From positions 155,651 through 219,650 of the forward strand of contig JAGMDC010000003.1 in assembly GCA_023128895.1 (NCBI GenBank): a stretch of 64,000 bases of DNA, in the 5' to 3' direction. The stretch's first letter is position 1. Each line of letters opens with the position of its first letter. Below are positions 8,758 to 18,256 of the stretch, in pieces. Origin of the DNA: Candidatus Parcubacteria bacterium. Lineage in GTDB: Bacteria; Patescibacteriota; Minisyncoccia; Minisyncoccales; JAGMDC01. The notes beneath the pieces were generated by a model. The model was not told where the DNA came from, ran no database searches, and saw only the letters and a program-made list of their open reading frames with translations. The position numbers were made by a program, and so were the translations under genes.

Positions 8758-9297
8758 TTACTTATTTGTTTTATATCTCTCAACCGCGTCTTTGATAATT
8801 TCCAATGCTTTTTCTTTGTTTTCAAAGCCGTCAACTTTTACATGTTTGTATTTTTCCGGTTCTAATTTTTTATAATCCTCAAAATAAATCTGTATTTCCT
8901 TTTTATAATGCTCTCCCAAGTCATTTATATCCTGAATTTCCTTAAAACGGGGATCAATTTCTTCTATTGGCACAGAAATGATTTTATTATCTAAACCTGC
9001 CTCGTCTTTCATTAAAAGCACGCCAATTGGCCTTGCCTTAACAACGCATCCTGGGAAAGTGGGATAAGTAGTCAAAAGTAAAACATCTAAAGCATCCCCG
9101 TCTTCTGAATGCGTCTGGGGCACAAAGCCGTAATCAAAAGTATAAAACATTGGCGAATAATTTACTCTGTCCAACGTAAAATATCCGCCCTGTTCGCTGT
9201 ATTCATATTTATTGTTGCAGCCCTTTGGAATATCCACTACTACATTGATTTGTTCCGGCAAATTCTCGCCGGCTGGAATATCTTTATAAAGATTCAT
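8758..9297 (-). CDS. ppa: inorganic pyrophosphatase (family I)
   Basis: NVVVDIPKGCNNKYEY, DGDALDVLLL and DNKIISV motifs. The stop lies 2 nt before the iorA start. Confidence 0.9.
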   Translation of the reverse strand: MNLYKDIPAGENLPEQINVVVDIPKGCNNKYEYSEQGGYFTLDRVNYSPMFYTFDYGFVPQTHSEDGDALDVLLLTTYPTFPGCVVKARPIGVLLMKDEAGLDNKIISVPIEEIDPRFKEIQDINDLGEHYKKEIQIYFEDYKKLEPEKYKHVKVDGFENKEKALEIIKDAVERYKTNK

Positions 9298-9394
9298 AAT
9301 ATTTCATGAAACTTATAACTTATAATTTATAACTTAAAGTTATAAATTTTAAGTTTCAAGTTTCAGATTTTAAATTTTAGCCCTATGTTACATT

Positions 9395-11212
9395 TTACTC
9401 TACTGTAACTGATTTCGCAAGATTGCGGGGCTTGTCAATATCCAAACCTAATTCCAAACCCAAATAAGCTGCGAAAAGATGTAAAGGAATTGTTGACAAA
9501 ATCGGGGTCAACATTTCTAATGTCTTTGGAATATAGATTACATCGTCAGCCAGATTTTTAATGTCTTCCTGCCCCTCGGTGGCAATTGCTAAAATCTTTC
9601 CTTTCCGCGCTTTAATTTCTTCCATTGCGTTTTTCATCTTGCTGTAGACAGAATCAGAAGGACAAATAACCACTGCCGGAAAATTTTCGTCAGTCAAAGC
9701 GATTTGTCCATGCTTTAACTCGCCTGCGGGCATACCTTCAGCGTGAATTTTCCACGCGATTTCTTTCAATTTCAACGCGCCTTCCGACGCGATAGAAGAA
9801 TTATATTTTCTTCCCAAAAAATAAAAATTTCTGTAGATGGAATATTTCTCTGCCAATCCTTTAATATAATCTGCCTGGTTAAAAATTTTTTTAGACAATT
9901 CAGGCAATTTTTGCAGTTCCTCTAAAATATTCTTTCCAGTAACTAAACTCATTTCTCTCTGCCTGCCAAGTCCAACAGTAATCAAAGCCAAAATAGACAA
10001 CTGGGAAATAAACGCCTTAGAAGAAGCAACACTGATTTCCGGGCCTACACGACAATAAACGCCGGCATCTGTTTCTTTGGCAATAGAAGAGCCAACAGTA
10101 TTTACTATCCCCAAAGTTAGGCAGCCCTTTCTTTTTGCTTCTTTTATTGCTTCCAAAGTATCAGCTGTTTCTCCGGATTGGGAAATAGCTAAAACAGCTG
10201 TCTTGTCGTCTAAAATAGAATTTTTATAGCGAAATTCAGAAGCAACTTCTGTTTTCGCTCGTAGTTTGGCGTATTCTTCAAACATATACTCTCCAACCTT
10301 GGCCGCGTAACTTGCTGTGCCGCACGCTGTGATAATTATTTTGTCCACCTTTTTTAATTGCTCTAAAACTTGTTCTAAACCCCCTAATTTCGCCAATCCC
10401 TGGTCTAAAATCATTCTTCCGGCAATGCTTTTTTCTATCGCGTCCGGCTCTTCAAAAATTTCTTTCAGTATAAAATGGGAAAAACCCTGTTTCTGCGTTT
10501 CTTCCGCGTCGTATTCAATTTTTTCAATTGGCTTTTCTTTTAATATAAAAAAATCATTTGGAGATAAGACAGCCATCTCATTATCGTCTAATGTAATCAC
10601 TTGATTGGTGTGCGAAACAATGGCAGACGCGTCCGACGCAACTAAAAATTCATTGTCGTTAATTCCTAAAATTAACGGAGAACCGAATTTTGCAACAACA
10701 ATTTTGCCGGGGTCTTTGCGCGCGATAACCGCCAAGGCGTACGCGCCTTTGACTTTTTTCAGCGCCTGTCTCATTGCTTCTTCTAAATTATTTTTGAAGT
10801 AATGTTCTATTAAATGCGCGATAACCTCTGTGTCTGTTTCGCTGGCAAACTTATGTCCCTCTGCGATTAATAATTCTTTCAATTCTTTGTAATTTTCAAT
10901 AATGCCGTTATGCACCAAATAAATATTTTTTTCACAGTCCCAGTGCGGATGCGCGTTTGCCTCGCTCGGCTCCCCATGGGTGGCCCATCTGGTATGTAAA
11001 ATAAAAGGAGAACCATGTAAAGGCGCGTCAGAAAATTTTGCTTCAAGTTCGCTAATTTTGCCTTTCGCTTTCAAGCAAAAAATCTCCTGTTTCTCGGGAT
11101 TATATACTGCCATTCCAGCAGAATCATATCCTCTATATTCAAGGCGCTTCAGCGCGCTCAAACCAATTTGAGGATTATCTCTTTTTCCAATGTAGCCGAC
11201 TATGCCGCACAT
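9395..11212 (-). CDS. glmS: glutamine--fructose-6-phosphate aminotransferase
   Basis: MCGIVGYIG N-terminal nucleophile, two SIS domains, and the C-terminal KSVTVE. Confidence 0.95.
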   Translation of the reverse strand: MCGIVGYIGKRDNPQIGLSALKRLEYRGYDSAGMAVYNPEKQEIFCLKAKGKISELEAKFSDAPLHGSPFILHTRWATHGEPSEANAHPHWDCEKNIYLVHNGIIENYKELKELLIAEGHKFASETDTEVIAHLIEHYFKNNLEEAMRQALKKVKGAYALAVIARKDPGKIVVAKFGSPLILGINDNEFLVASDASAIVSHTNQVITLDDNEMAVLSPNDFFILKEKPIEKIEYDAEETQKQGFSHFILKEIFEEPDAIEKSIAGRMILDQGLAKLGGLEQVLEQLKKVDKIIITACGTASYAAKVGEYMFEEYAKLRAKTEVASEFRYKNSILDDKTAVLAISQSGETADTLEAIKEAKRKGCLTLGIVNTVGSSIAKETDAGVYCRVGPEISVASSKAFISQLSILALITVGLGRQREMSLVTGKNILEELQKLPELSKKIFNQADYIKGLAEKYSIYRNFYFLGRKYNSSIASEGALKLKEIAWKIHAEGMPAGELKHGQIALTDENFPAVVICPSDSVYSKMKNAMEEIKARKGKILAIATEGQEDIKNLADDVIYIPKTLEMLTPILSTIPLHLFAAYLGLELGLDIDKPRNLAKSVTVE

Positions 11213-11242
11213 AATAAAAATTCAAAATGAAAAATTTAGGTA

Positions 11243-13681
11243 TCAAACTACAATATTTATCAACTTGCTTTTTACAAAAATGACTTTCTTAATGGGTTTG
11301 TGCTCTATGTACTTTTTAACTTTTTCTTGTTTCAATGCCAATTTTTTTGCCTCGGCTTCTGAAATATCAGCCAAGACTTCTATTTTATCGCGCACCTTTC
11401 CATTGATTTGGATAACTAAAGTAATTTTTTCTTCCTTAATCAATTTTGGATCATATTTTGGCCATTGCTCCTCAAAAATTGATTTTTTATTTTTTGATTT
11501 ATGCCACAATTCTTCTGCGATGTGCGGAGCGAACGGACTTAATAATTTCAATAACAATTGATAATCACATAAAGATAATTGTTTTTGTTTTTGTTTTTCC
11601 ATTTCATTCACTAAAACCATTAAAGCGCTAATAGCAGTATTAAACTTAAGATTTTCAATATCCTCTGTCGCTTTCTTTATTGTCTGATGAATTAATCTTT
11701 CTAATTTATCATTATGAGACTGCCGCAGGATTCTTGCGTTGCCAGTAGGCTCCCTCAGAATGACAATGCCTATATTCCAAACTTTGTCTAAAAATCTTTT
11801 CGCGCCAATCACGCCATTGGAATTCCACGTAATTGCTTGCTCAAACGGTCCCATAAACATTTCATAAATCCTTAAACTGTCAGCCCCGTATTTCTCAATA
11901 AGAGCATCTGGATTAACCACATTTCCAAATGACTTTGACATCTTTTTTCCATCTTTTGCTAACACAATTCCATGGGAAGTTCGGCGCAAATACGGTTCAT
12001 CCTGCGGCACAACGTTAATATCATAAAGAAATTTATACCAAAAACGCGAATATAAAAGATGGAGGGTAGTATGCTCCATACCGCCGTTATACCAGTTCAC
12101 GGGAAGCCAGTATTTTAATTTTTCCTTACTTGCCAATGCTTTACTGTTATGCGGGTCAGCATATCGGATAAAATACCAAGATGACCCGGCCCAATTAGGC
12201 ATAGTATCGGTTTCTCTTTTCGCATCTGCGCCGCACTTTGGACATTTACAATTTACCCATTCTGGAATGCTTGCCAAAGGCGACTCTCCAGTGCCTGTTG
12301 GCTGGTATTTTTCAATATAAGGAAGCTCTATTGGCAGGTCTTTGTATGGCACAGGCACTATTCCGCATTTTTGGCAATGGACAAGCGGAATAGGTTCTCC
12401 CCAATAATGCTGTCTGGAAAACACCCAATCCCTTAATTTGTAATTTACTGTTTCTCTGCCAAACCCCTGCTTGCGCGCGTAATTTGTCATTCTCTTTCGC
12501 GCCTGTTTTGAAAATAAATTATCAAATTGCCCTGAATTTATTAAAACACCGTCTTGCGTAAACGCTTTCGGTTCAATTTCTTTATTTTGAATTACAGGAC
12601 TTATTGGCAAATTATATTTCTTGGCAAACGCAAAGTCGCGCTCGTCGTGCGCTGGAACAGCCATTATCGCGCCGGTGCCGTAATGCGGCAAAACATAATC
12701 AGCAGTAAAAATAGGAATTTCTAAATGGTTGAACGGATTTATTGCTTTAATTCCTTTCAATTCTATGCCTGTTTTTTCTTTATCTAATTCGGTCCGTTGT
12801 AAATCGCTTTTCTTCCTGCTTTTTTCAAGATATTTTTTAACCTCTTTGTAATTCTTGATTCTCAATTTTTGATTCTTGATTATTTCGTGTTCAGGCGCCG
12901 CAACCAAATATGTACATCCAAAAATAGTATCAACCCTTGTGGTAAACACTTTAATGTAATCTTGTTTTGAACTTTGGATTTTGAACTTTATTTCTGTTCC
13001 TTCGGACTTTCCTATCCAGTTTATCTGCTGGGTCTTTACTCTATCCGGATAGTCCACTTTTTCTAAATCGTCTATCAGACGGTCCGCGTATTCAGTTATT
13101 TTCAACATCCATTGCTTTAGTTTCTTTTTTTTCACTTCCGCGCCGCATCGCTCGCATTTTCCCGAAACTACTTCTTCGTTAGCAAGCCCTATCTTGCAGG
13201 AAGGGCACCAATTTATCGGCATCTCCGCTTGATATGCCAAACCCTTTTCAAACAATTTTAGAAAAATCCATTGCGTCCACTTATAATATTTCGGGTCAGT
13301 GGTATTAATCTCCCTGCCCCAGTCAAGAGATATGCCAAGGGACTTAAATTGTCTCTTAAAATTAGCAATGTTCCGCGCAGTTGTTTTCTGCGGATGAGTT
13401 CCAGTTTTAATGGCATAATTTTCCGCTGGCAAGCCAAAAGCGTCCCAGCCAATTGGAAACAAAACATTATAGCCCTCCATTCTTTTTTTGCGCGCGGCAA
13501 CATCTAAGGCAATATATGACCGGCAGTGGCCTGTGTGGAGACCATCACCAGATGGATAAGGAAATTCAAATAAAATATATTGCTTTGGCTTTTTTGCAAA
13601 ATCCTTTGCCCTGTAAAGCCCTTGATTTTCCCAAAACTTTTGCGATTTAGATTCTATTTTCTTATGATTATATTCTTCCAT
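11243..13681 (-). CDS. leuS: leucine--tRNA ligase (bacterial type)
   Basis: FPYPSGDGLHTGHCRSY (HIGH region), KMSKSFGN, and the zinc CxxC pairs of the CP1 region. Confidence 0.95.
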   Translation of the reverse strand: MEEYNHKKIESKSQKFWENQGLYRAKDFAKKPKQYILFEFPYPSGDGLHTGHCRSYIALDVAARKKRMEGYNVLFPIGWDAFGLPAENYAIKTGTHPQKTTARNIANFKRQFKSLGISLDWGREINTTDPKYYKWTQWIFLKLFEKGLAYQAEMPINWCPSCKIGLANEEVVSGKCERCGAEVKKKKLKQWMLKITEYADRLIDDLEKVDYPDRVKTQQINWIGKSEGTEIKFKIQSSKQDYIKVFTTRVDTIFGCTYLVAAPEHEIIKNQKLRIKNYKEVKKYLEKSRKKSDLQRTELDKEKTGIELKGIKAINPFNHLEIPIFTADYVLPHYGTGAIMAVPAHDERDFAFAKKYNLPISPVIQNKEIEPKAFTQDGVLINSGQFDNLFSKQARKRMTNYARKQGFGRETVNYKLRDWVFSRQHYWGEPIPLVHCQKCGIVPVPYKDLPIELPYIEKYQPTGTGESPLASIPEWVNCKCPKCGADAKRETDTMPNWAGSSWYFIRYADPHNSKALASKEKLKYWLPVNWYNGGMEHTTLHLLYSRFWYKFLYDINVVPQDEPYLRRTSHGIVLAKDGKKMSKSFGNVVNPDALIEKYGADSLRIYEMFMGPFEQAITWNSNGVIGAKRFLDKVWNIGIVILREPTGNARILRQSHNDKLERLIHQTIKKATEDIENLKFNTAISALMVLVNEMEKQKQKQLSLCDYQLLLKLLSPFAPHIAEELWHKSKNKKSIFEEQWPKYDPKLIKEEKITLVIQINGKVRDKIEVLADISEAEAKKLALKQEKVKKYIEHKPIKKVIFVKSKLINIVV

Positions 13682-13735
13682 AATTTTTCATTAAACATTT
13701 TCATATTAGCATAAATGGCCTTAATCTTTCAAGAA

Positions 13736-13760
13736 GCAAAAACCCCTTCCAACAGGGGCT
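13736..13760 (-). terminator. rho-independent terminator at the end of the surface-protein operon
   Basis: The minus strand reads CCCCTgttggAAGGGG followed by TTTTT, about 30 nt after the stop at 13788. Confidence 0.5.
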
Positions 13761-13787
13761 TCATTAAGAATAATTGATTATTGATTA

Positions 13788-15743
13788 TTAAAACGGTATA
13801 ATTTCTTTCCAGTTAGGCAGAGGCAAACTTACATTAATTGTTTTGGACTTTTCGCAGCAGCCAACACCGCAATTCCCGTTGCCCATAGTTATGCCTGTGT
13901 CAGTTATGCCAAGTTTTATAACTTTACCGTCCCCGGGCGTGGCAAACTCTATCTTTGGGTTTTCAGAAGACGCGCCGCCGTCTGTGAAAATTGCTTCTGG
14001 AATGGTCCAATCAAATCCCTGCCCGGTACAGGAAACAGTTTCGCCAGCATCATTATAACAAATGCTCACATCTATGAGGCAATCAACTCCCAAAGTTGAA
14101 CATAACTGAACTTCCTCGTTTGCGCTCGGACGTTCAGGAGTAAAAGTAAAATCATCAGGGTAGGGATAAGGATGGACCGGGGTGGTAAATGTCTGAAAAT
14201 TCCCGTCGCCGTCCGGGTCCGCGGCATCGTCATATAATGTCCAGCCAGACCAATCCTCTATCGCGTCTTTAACTTGAACTCGCCAGTAATAATCGTCATT
14301 GTAAAGAATGTCAGAGCCACCTACTTTTACAAGTTCTCCGGAAGTGTCTGTTTCACCGGGATCTCTCTCCCGAAAGACATATTCATTCACAACTGGATCT
14401 GTGAAAGCCGCGTCGGTAGAGACCTGGATATGAAACTGCTGCTGCTGAATACCGCCGCCGTTCTGATATATCCATTTCAATTCAATATGGCCCTGCCCGG
14501 GAGAGCCAGTGCAGTAATTAATAATGCCAAGTTCTAAATTTTCAGCATAAGCCCCGTTACAATCAGAGGACTTGCATTGGCCAGAACAGCAATATCCTCC
14601 AAAACATTCATCGCATATTCCGTCTACACAGCCGCAAGCGCAGGTATCTTTCTTTTTTACAGTAAAATCTCCGCCAGAAATTATATTGGAACACTTGTCA
14701 AATTGATCGCAGACATAAGCCCAGTAATTCTGCGCATTAGTATATTCACTATTATCAGATGTATAATCTGCTGAAGGGTCGACAGCGACAGCAATGTCGC
14801 TCACCACTGCCCCTATTGTGTCCTGTAAACATCCTGAAGTATCTCCTGGCACGCAATTAACGCATAATGCGTCTTGGCAGACATATAATTTAATCGTGTC
14901 TCCAACATCAGAATCAGAAGCCAGAGAACTAAAAATAATATCTCCTCCTCCCTCTTGAGGGTCAGGAGAGTCAGAAACAGAAGTAATTACTGGAGATTGG
15001 TTTGGAACATAATCTGTTATTACTTTATAATCAGAAATATCAGTTCCCGCAATTGGACAGCTTCCAATACCATTTGAAAATCCATCTCCATTAGTATCAC
15101 AATTGGAATGGCTAAAGCTAATCCAGCCAAGGATATTAGAACCCCAAACCCATCCTTGAAATTCAAAAGGGCTTACTCCCCTATCTAAAAAAATCCCGTA
15201 ATCCTGATTCGGAGGTTCAGCAGCGGTTCCTTTTAATTTTATCCAGCCATCCCAACTCCCTCTTTCATTGTTCGGTTTTAAGCTGCCGCTGCATCCATCT
15301 GCGAATACTAAACAAGCCCTTGCCCAGCCGGAAAGAGTGTCATCGGATTCTATTTTTGCCTCGCAAGCGCCGCTGGGACAGCCGGAAAGTTCTCCTTTAT
15401 TAAAACTAATCCATGCAATCTGCTCTGACCATGCATAACCGGAAAGCTCACCGCTGTACTTATCAATATCTACTCCATAGGGCTGAATGGTCTCCCCTAT
15501 TGAACACTGGGAATAGTTTCCCTGGTCAGTAATCCCGTTGCTGTCTGAATCACAGTTTATGGAATTAAAACTGAGCCAGCCGACATTTTCTGACCAAGCC
15601 CAGCCAGAGACATTGTCATCTGCTCCGGCTTCGGCTTCTGAAATAAAAAAAGAATTTCTTTCTATAATTTGAAAAGAAATTAAAAATATTAAAAACAGAA
15701 AAAGATGAAATTTGAAAAATTTTTTTGGCAAACTCTGTTTCAT
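13788..15743 (-). CDS. secreted GW-repeat protein A (4 x G[WY]AWSENxGWISFN-type repeats, Cys-rich core, FN3/PKD-like C-terminus)
   Basis: Signal-like N-terminus. Repeats are GWAWSENVGWLSFN, GYAWSEQIAWISFN and GWVWGSNILGWISFS. The C-terminal about 200 aa parallels the 18257-19552 product and ends LPLPNWKEIIPF. Confidence 0.8.
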   Translation of the reverse strand: MKQSLPKKFFKFHLFLFLIFLISFQIIERNSFFISEAEAGADDNVSGWAWSENVGWLSFNSINCDSDSNGITDQGNYSQCSIGETIQPYGVDIDKYSGELSGYAWSEQIAWISFNKGELSGCPSGACEAKIESDDTLSGWARACLVFADGCSGSLKPNNERGSWDGWIKLKGTAAEPPNQDYGIFLDRGVSPFEFQGWVWGSNILGWISFSHSNCDTNGDGFSNGIGSCPIAGTDISDYKVITDYVPNQSPVITSVSDSPDPQEGGGDIIFSSLASDSDVGDTIKLYVCQDALCVNCVPGDTSGCLQDTIGAVVSDIAVAVDPSADYTSDNSEYTNAQNYWAYVCDQFDKCSNIISGGDFTVKKKDTCACGCVDGICDECFGGYCCSGQCKSSDCNGAYAENLELGIINYCTGSPGQGHIELKWIYQNGGGIQQQQFHIQVSTDAAFTDPVVNEYVFRERDPGETDTSGELVKVGGSDILYNDDYYWRVQVKDAIEDWSGWTLYDDAADPDGDGNFQTFTTPVHPYPYPDDFTFTPERPSANEEVQLCSTLGVDCLIDVSICYNDAGETVSCTGQGFDWTIPEAIFTDGGASSENPKIEFATPGDGKVIKLGITDTGITMGNGNCGVGCCEKSKTINVSLPLPNWKEIIPF

Positions 15744-15773
15744 AAATTAATGATGACAATCCAATGCTATTTC

Positions 15774-16502
15774 TTATTCCATGTACCAATCCTCATATCC
15801 TTCTCTCTGGGCAAAAAGCATCCAATTAAAAGCACAATCTTTTCTGCCTTCAAACCTTCTGATAATAAAAAAATTCTCTGCTTTTTGAGCAATATACAAA
15901 CCGCAATCGTCTCTTGGCGTCAAAAGAATCTGGTATCCATACGTAGGGCTGATTGTTTCTAAAAATAATGGCTCAATATTTATCCTTGCCTCTCCGTCAA
16001 ATAATTGAGAAGACCCTGAGGTAATAAAATTATTTGTCGGCGCTTCTACTGCAGCCATTCTCCTCTTTCCCTTTGATGTCATAATTTTAGCGTTCTTTAC
16101 TCCAGTAACCGCTAAATCCCCTGCCACACTAGTGCAACTATCAATATTCAAATTTCCTTGAATATTAGCGTTTCCATGAACTGTTAAATTTCCATTTTCA
16201 ATTAAAGCGCCGTCCTGTGCTAAAAGCAATTTCTCCGCGCCGGTATTATTAATAAATTTTAATGTCCCTGCTGAATTAGAAAGTTTGTACACATCCTGTC
16301 CTGTCCCGCCGCCAATGCCTAAATCGCCTAATTTGTTCTGGTAATCAGGACCAGCGTTAATTGGAACAATTATATCTCCATTTACTTGAGGAGGAGAAAA
16401 AGGAGTTTCGCTCCAGGCAAAAATAATATAGCCCCCTAAGACGCTTAATAATAAAGCCCCAAAAACCAAAAAAATTGTTTTTTTAAAATTCAAAAAAGAC
16501 AT
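15774..16502 (-). CDS. anchored surface protein, short form (AWSEP motif, beta-helix-like stalk, conserved C-terminal domain)
   Basis: N-terminus FLNFKK + hydrophobic helix + FAWSETP. PINAGPDYQNKLGDLGIGGGTGQDVYKLSNSAGTLKFINN is nearly identical to the next gene. The C-terminus EAPTNNFIT...CAFNWMLFAQREGYEDWYME is shared with the 16502-18223 product. Confidence 0.75.
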   Translation of the reverse strand: MSFLNFKKTIFLVFGALLLSVLGGYIIFAWSETPFSPPQVNGDIIVPINAGPDYQNKLGDLGIGGGTGQDVYKLSNSAGTLKFINNTGAEKLLLAQDGALIENGNLTVHGNANIQGNLNIDSCTSVAGDLAVTGVKNAKIMTSKGKRRMAAVEAPTNNFITSGSSQLFDGEARINIEPLFLETISPTYGYQILLTPRDDCGLYIAQKAENFFIIRRFEGRKDCAFNWMLFAQREGYEDWYME

Positions 16503-18223
16503 TATGGTTCCATATACCAGTCCTCATACCCTTTTCTTAAAGCGTATAAAAACCAGTCAAAAGCGCAATCTTGTTTTCCTTTTGATTTTTTTACTAAAAA
16601 ACCCTCTTTATCCTGGTCGGCAACATACAGGCTGCAGCTATCTTTCGCGGTCAAAAAAACTTGATAATCTTTTTTAGTGCTGATTGTTTCTAAAAATAAT
16701 GGCTCAATATTTATCCTTGCTTCTCCGTTACTTAATTGAGAGGAACCAAAAGTAATAAAATTATTTGTTGGCGCTTCTACTGCCGCCATTCGTCTTACTC
16801 CCTTTGAAGTCATAATCTTAGCGCTTTTTACTCCAATCACTGTTAAATCTCCGTCAATAGTAAGGTTATTCCCAATGCTTAAATTTCCGTTTATGATTTC
16901 GCTTTCGTCTGGAGGAACAAGCTTAAAAATACAAAATTTTCCATTTCCATTGCTTGCCACATAAATATAAAAGCCGGACACAAAAACAGACACAGGCGAA
17001 CTTAAATTAGCGGATTCATCATCTAAAAATAAAATGTTGTCGGGGTCTAAAACATCAAAAATAACTAATTTACTATTATTTTGACTTGCCACATAAGCGT
17101 AAGTAGTTCTGACAAAAACAGATTTAGGTATGGACAAATTAGTGCTGATATAGTCTTTTGCAACAATAGAATCTGGATTGGAAATATCAAAAATAAGCAA
17201 CCGACTATTTCCTTGATCTGCCACATAAGCAAAATTCCCTTGGGCAAAAACAGATCTAGGTCTGGACAGATTAGTATTAATATGGCCTTTTGCAACAATA
17301 GAGTCGGGATTGGAAATATCAAAGATAGCAAAAGAACCGTTGGACATTAAACTTCCATTATTTATTACATAAGCAAAATTCCCTTGGACAAAAACATCAA
17401 TGGGAGTATCTAAATTAGTGCTATCAGAATCTTTTCTAACGATAGAATCGGGATTGGAAATATCAAAAATAATAAGAGAAGCAGAGACCATGAAGCTTGC
17501 CTGACTTACCGTATAAGCAAAATCGCCCTGGACGAAAACAGTTGTAGGGTCATCTAAACCGCCAATAGAACCTTTTGCAACAATGGAATCGGGATTGGAA
17601 ATATCAAAGATAGCCAGTTTATTGTCAATCGGGCTTACCACATAAGCATAATCGCCCTGGACATATATATCAGCAATATCGCCTAAACCAGTGTTAATAG
17701 AACCTTTTGTCACAATATTTTCAGGGTCTGAAATATCAAAAATGACAAAATTAGGCTGAAACATAGCATCCCAACCCTTTACTACATAAGCAAAATCGCC
17801 CTGGACGAAAACAGATGTAGGATCAGCTAAGCCATCAACAAAATCTTTTGGCTCAATTACGCCTGATCCGGGTATATGCTGAGTTGCCACTTCAGCATCG
17901 CCATTAATTGTCAAATTTCCATTTTCAATCAAGGCGCCGTCCTGGCCCAAAAGCAATTTTTCCGCGCCGGCATTATTAATAAATTTTAATGTCCCGGCTG
18001 AATTAGAAAGCTTGTACACATCCTGGCCTGTCCCGCCGCCAATGCCTAAATCGCCTAATTTATTTTGATAATCAGGGCCAGTATTAATAGGCAGATATAG
18101 GCCTGTTAAAGGAGGTAAAGAGGAGGGCTCTGTCCATGCGAAAACAAAACAGCCTATTGCTATGCTTAGAGCTAAAATACTGGTGATTAAAGCGGTTCTT
18201 TTTTGAAATTTTGAAAAAAACAT
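16502..18223 (-). CDS. anchored surface protein, long form with LVIVD-repeat beta-propeller insert
   Basis: Same N- and C-terminal modules as the 15774-16502 product. The centre has about 7 repeats of FVQGDFAYVV....L.IFDISNPDSIVAKG (LVIVD-type). A TAATG overlap joins it to the downstream gene. Confidence 0.8.
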   Translation of the reverse strand: MFFSKFQKRTALITSILALSIAIGCFVFAWTEPSSLPPLTGLYLPINTGPDYQNKLGDLGIGGGTGQDVYKLSNSAGTLKFINNAGAEKLLLGQDGALIENGNLTINGDAEVATQHIPGSGVIEPKDFVDGLADPTSVFVQGDFAYVVKGWDAMFQPNFVIFDISDPENIVTKGSINTGLGDIADIYVQGDYAYVVSPIDNKLAIFDISNPDSIVAKGSIGGLDDPTTVFVQGDFAYTVSQASFMVSASLIIFDISNPDSIVRKDSDSTNLDTPIDVFVQGNFAYVINNGSLMSNGSFAIFDISNPDSIVAKGHINTNLSRPRSVFAQGNFAYVADQGNSRLLIFDISNPDSIVAKDYISTNLSIPKSVFVRTTYAYVASQNNSKLVIFDVLDPDNILFLDDESANLSSPVSVFVSGFYIYVASNGNGKFCIFKLVPPDESEIINGNLSIGNNLTIDGDLTVIGVKSAKIMTSKGVRRMAAVEAPTNNFITFGSSQLSNGEARINIEPLFLETISTKKDYQVFLTAKDSCSLYVADQDKEGFLVKKSKGKQDCAFDWFLYALRKGYEDWYMEP

Positions 18224-18256
18224 AATTTTTAAAAAATAAACTTTAAACTTTAACTA

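Noticed and set aside
9324-9348. Perfect 12-bp AT-only palindrome AATTTATAACTT-a-AAGTTATAAATT between glmS and ppa, amid ATAACTT/AAGTTT repeats
   Set aside because: It could be a weak terminator or operator, but it is pure A/T in an AT-rich genome with a 1-nt centre. It is not distinguishable from compositional chance without comparative data.
17065-17350. Overlapping 88- and 89-aa ORFs on both strands inside the LVIVD gene
   Set aside because: They are artefacts of the internally repetitive LVIVD coding DNA. The long frame has clear repeat motifs and conserved termini.
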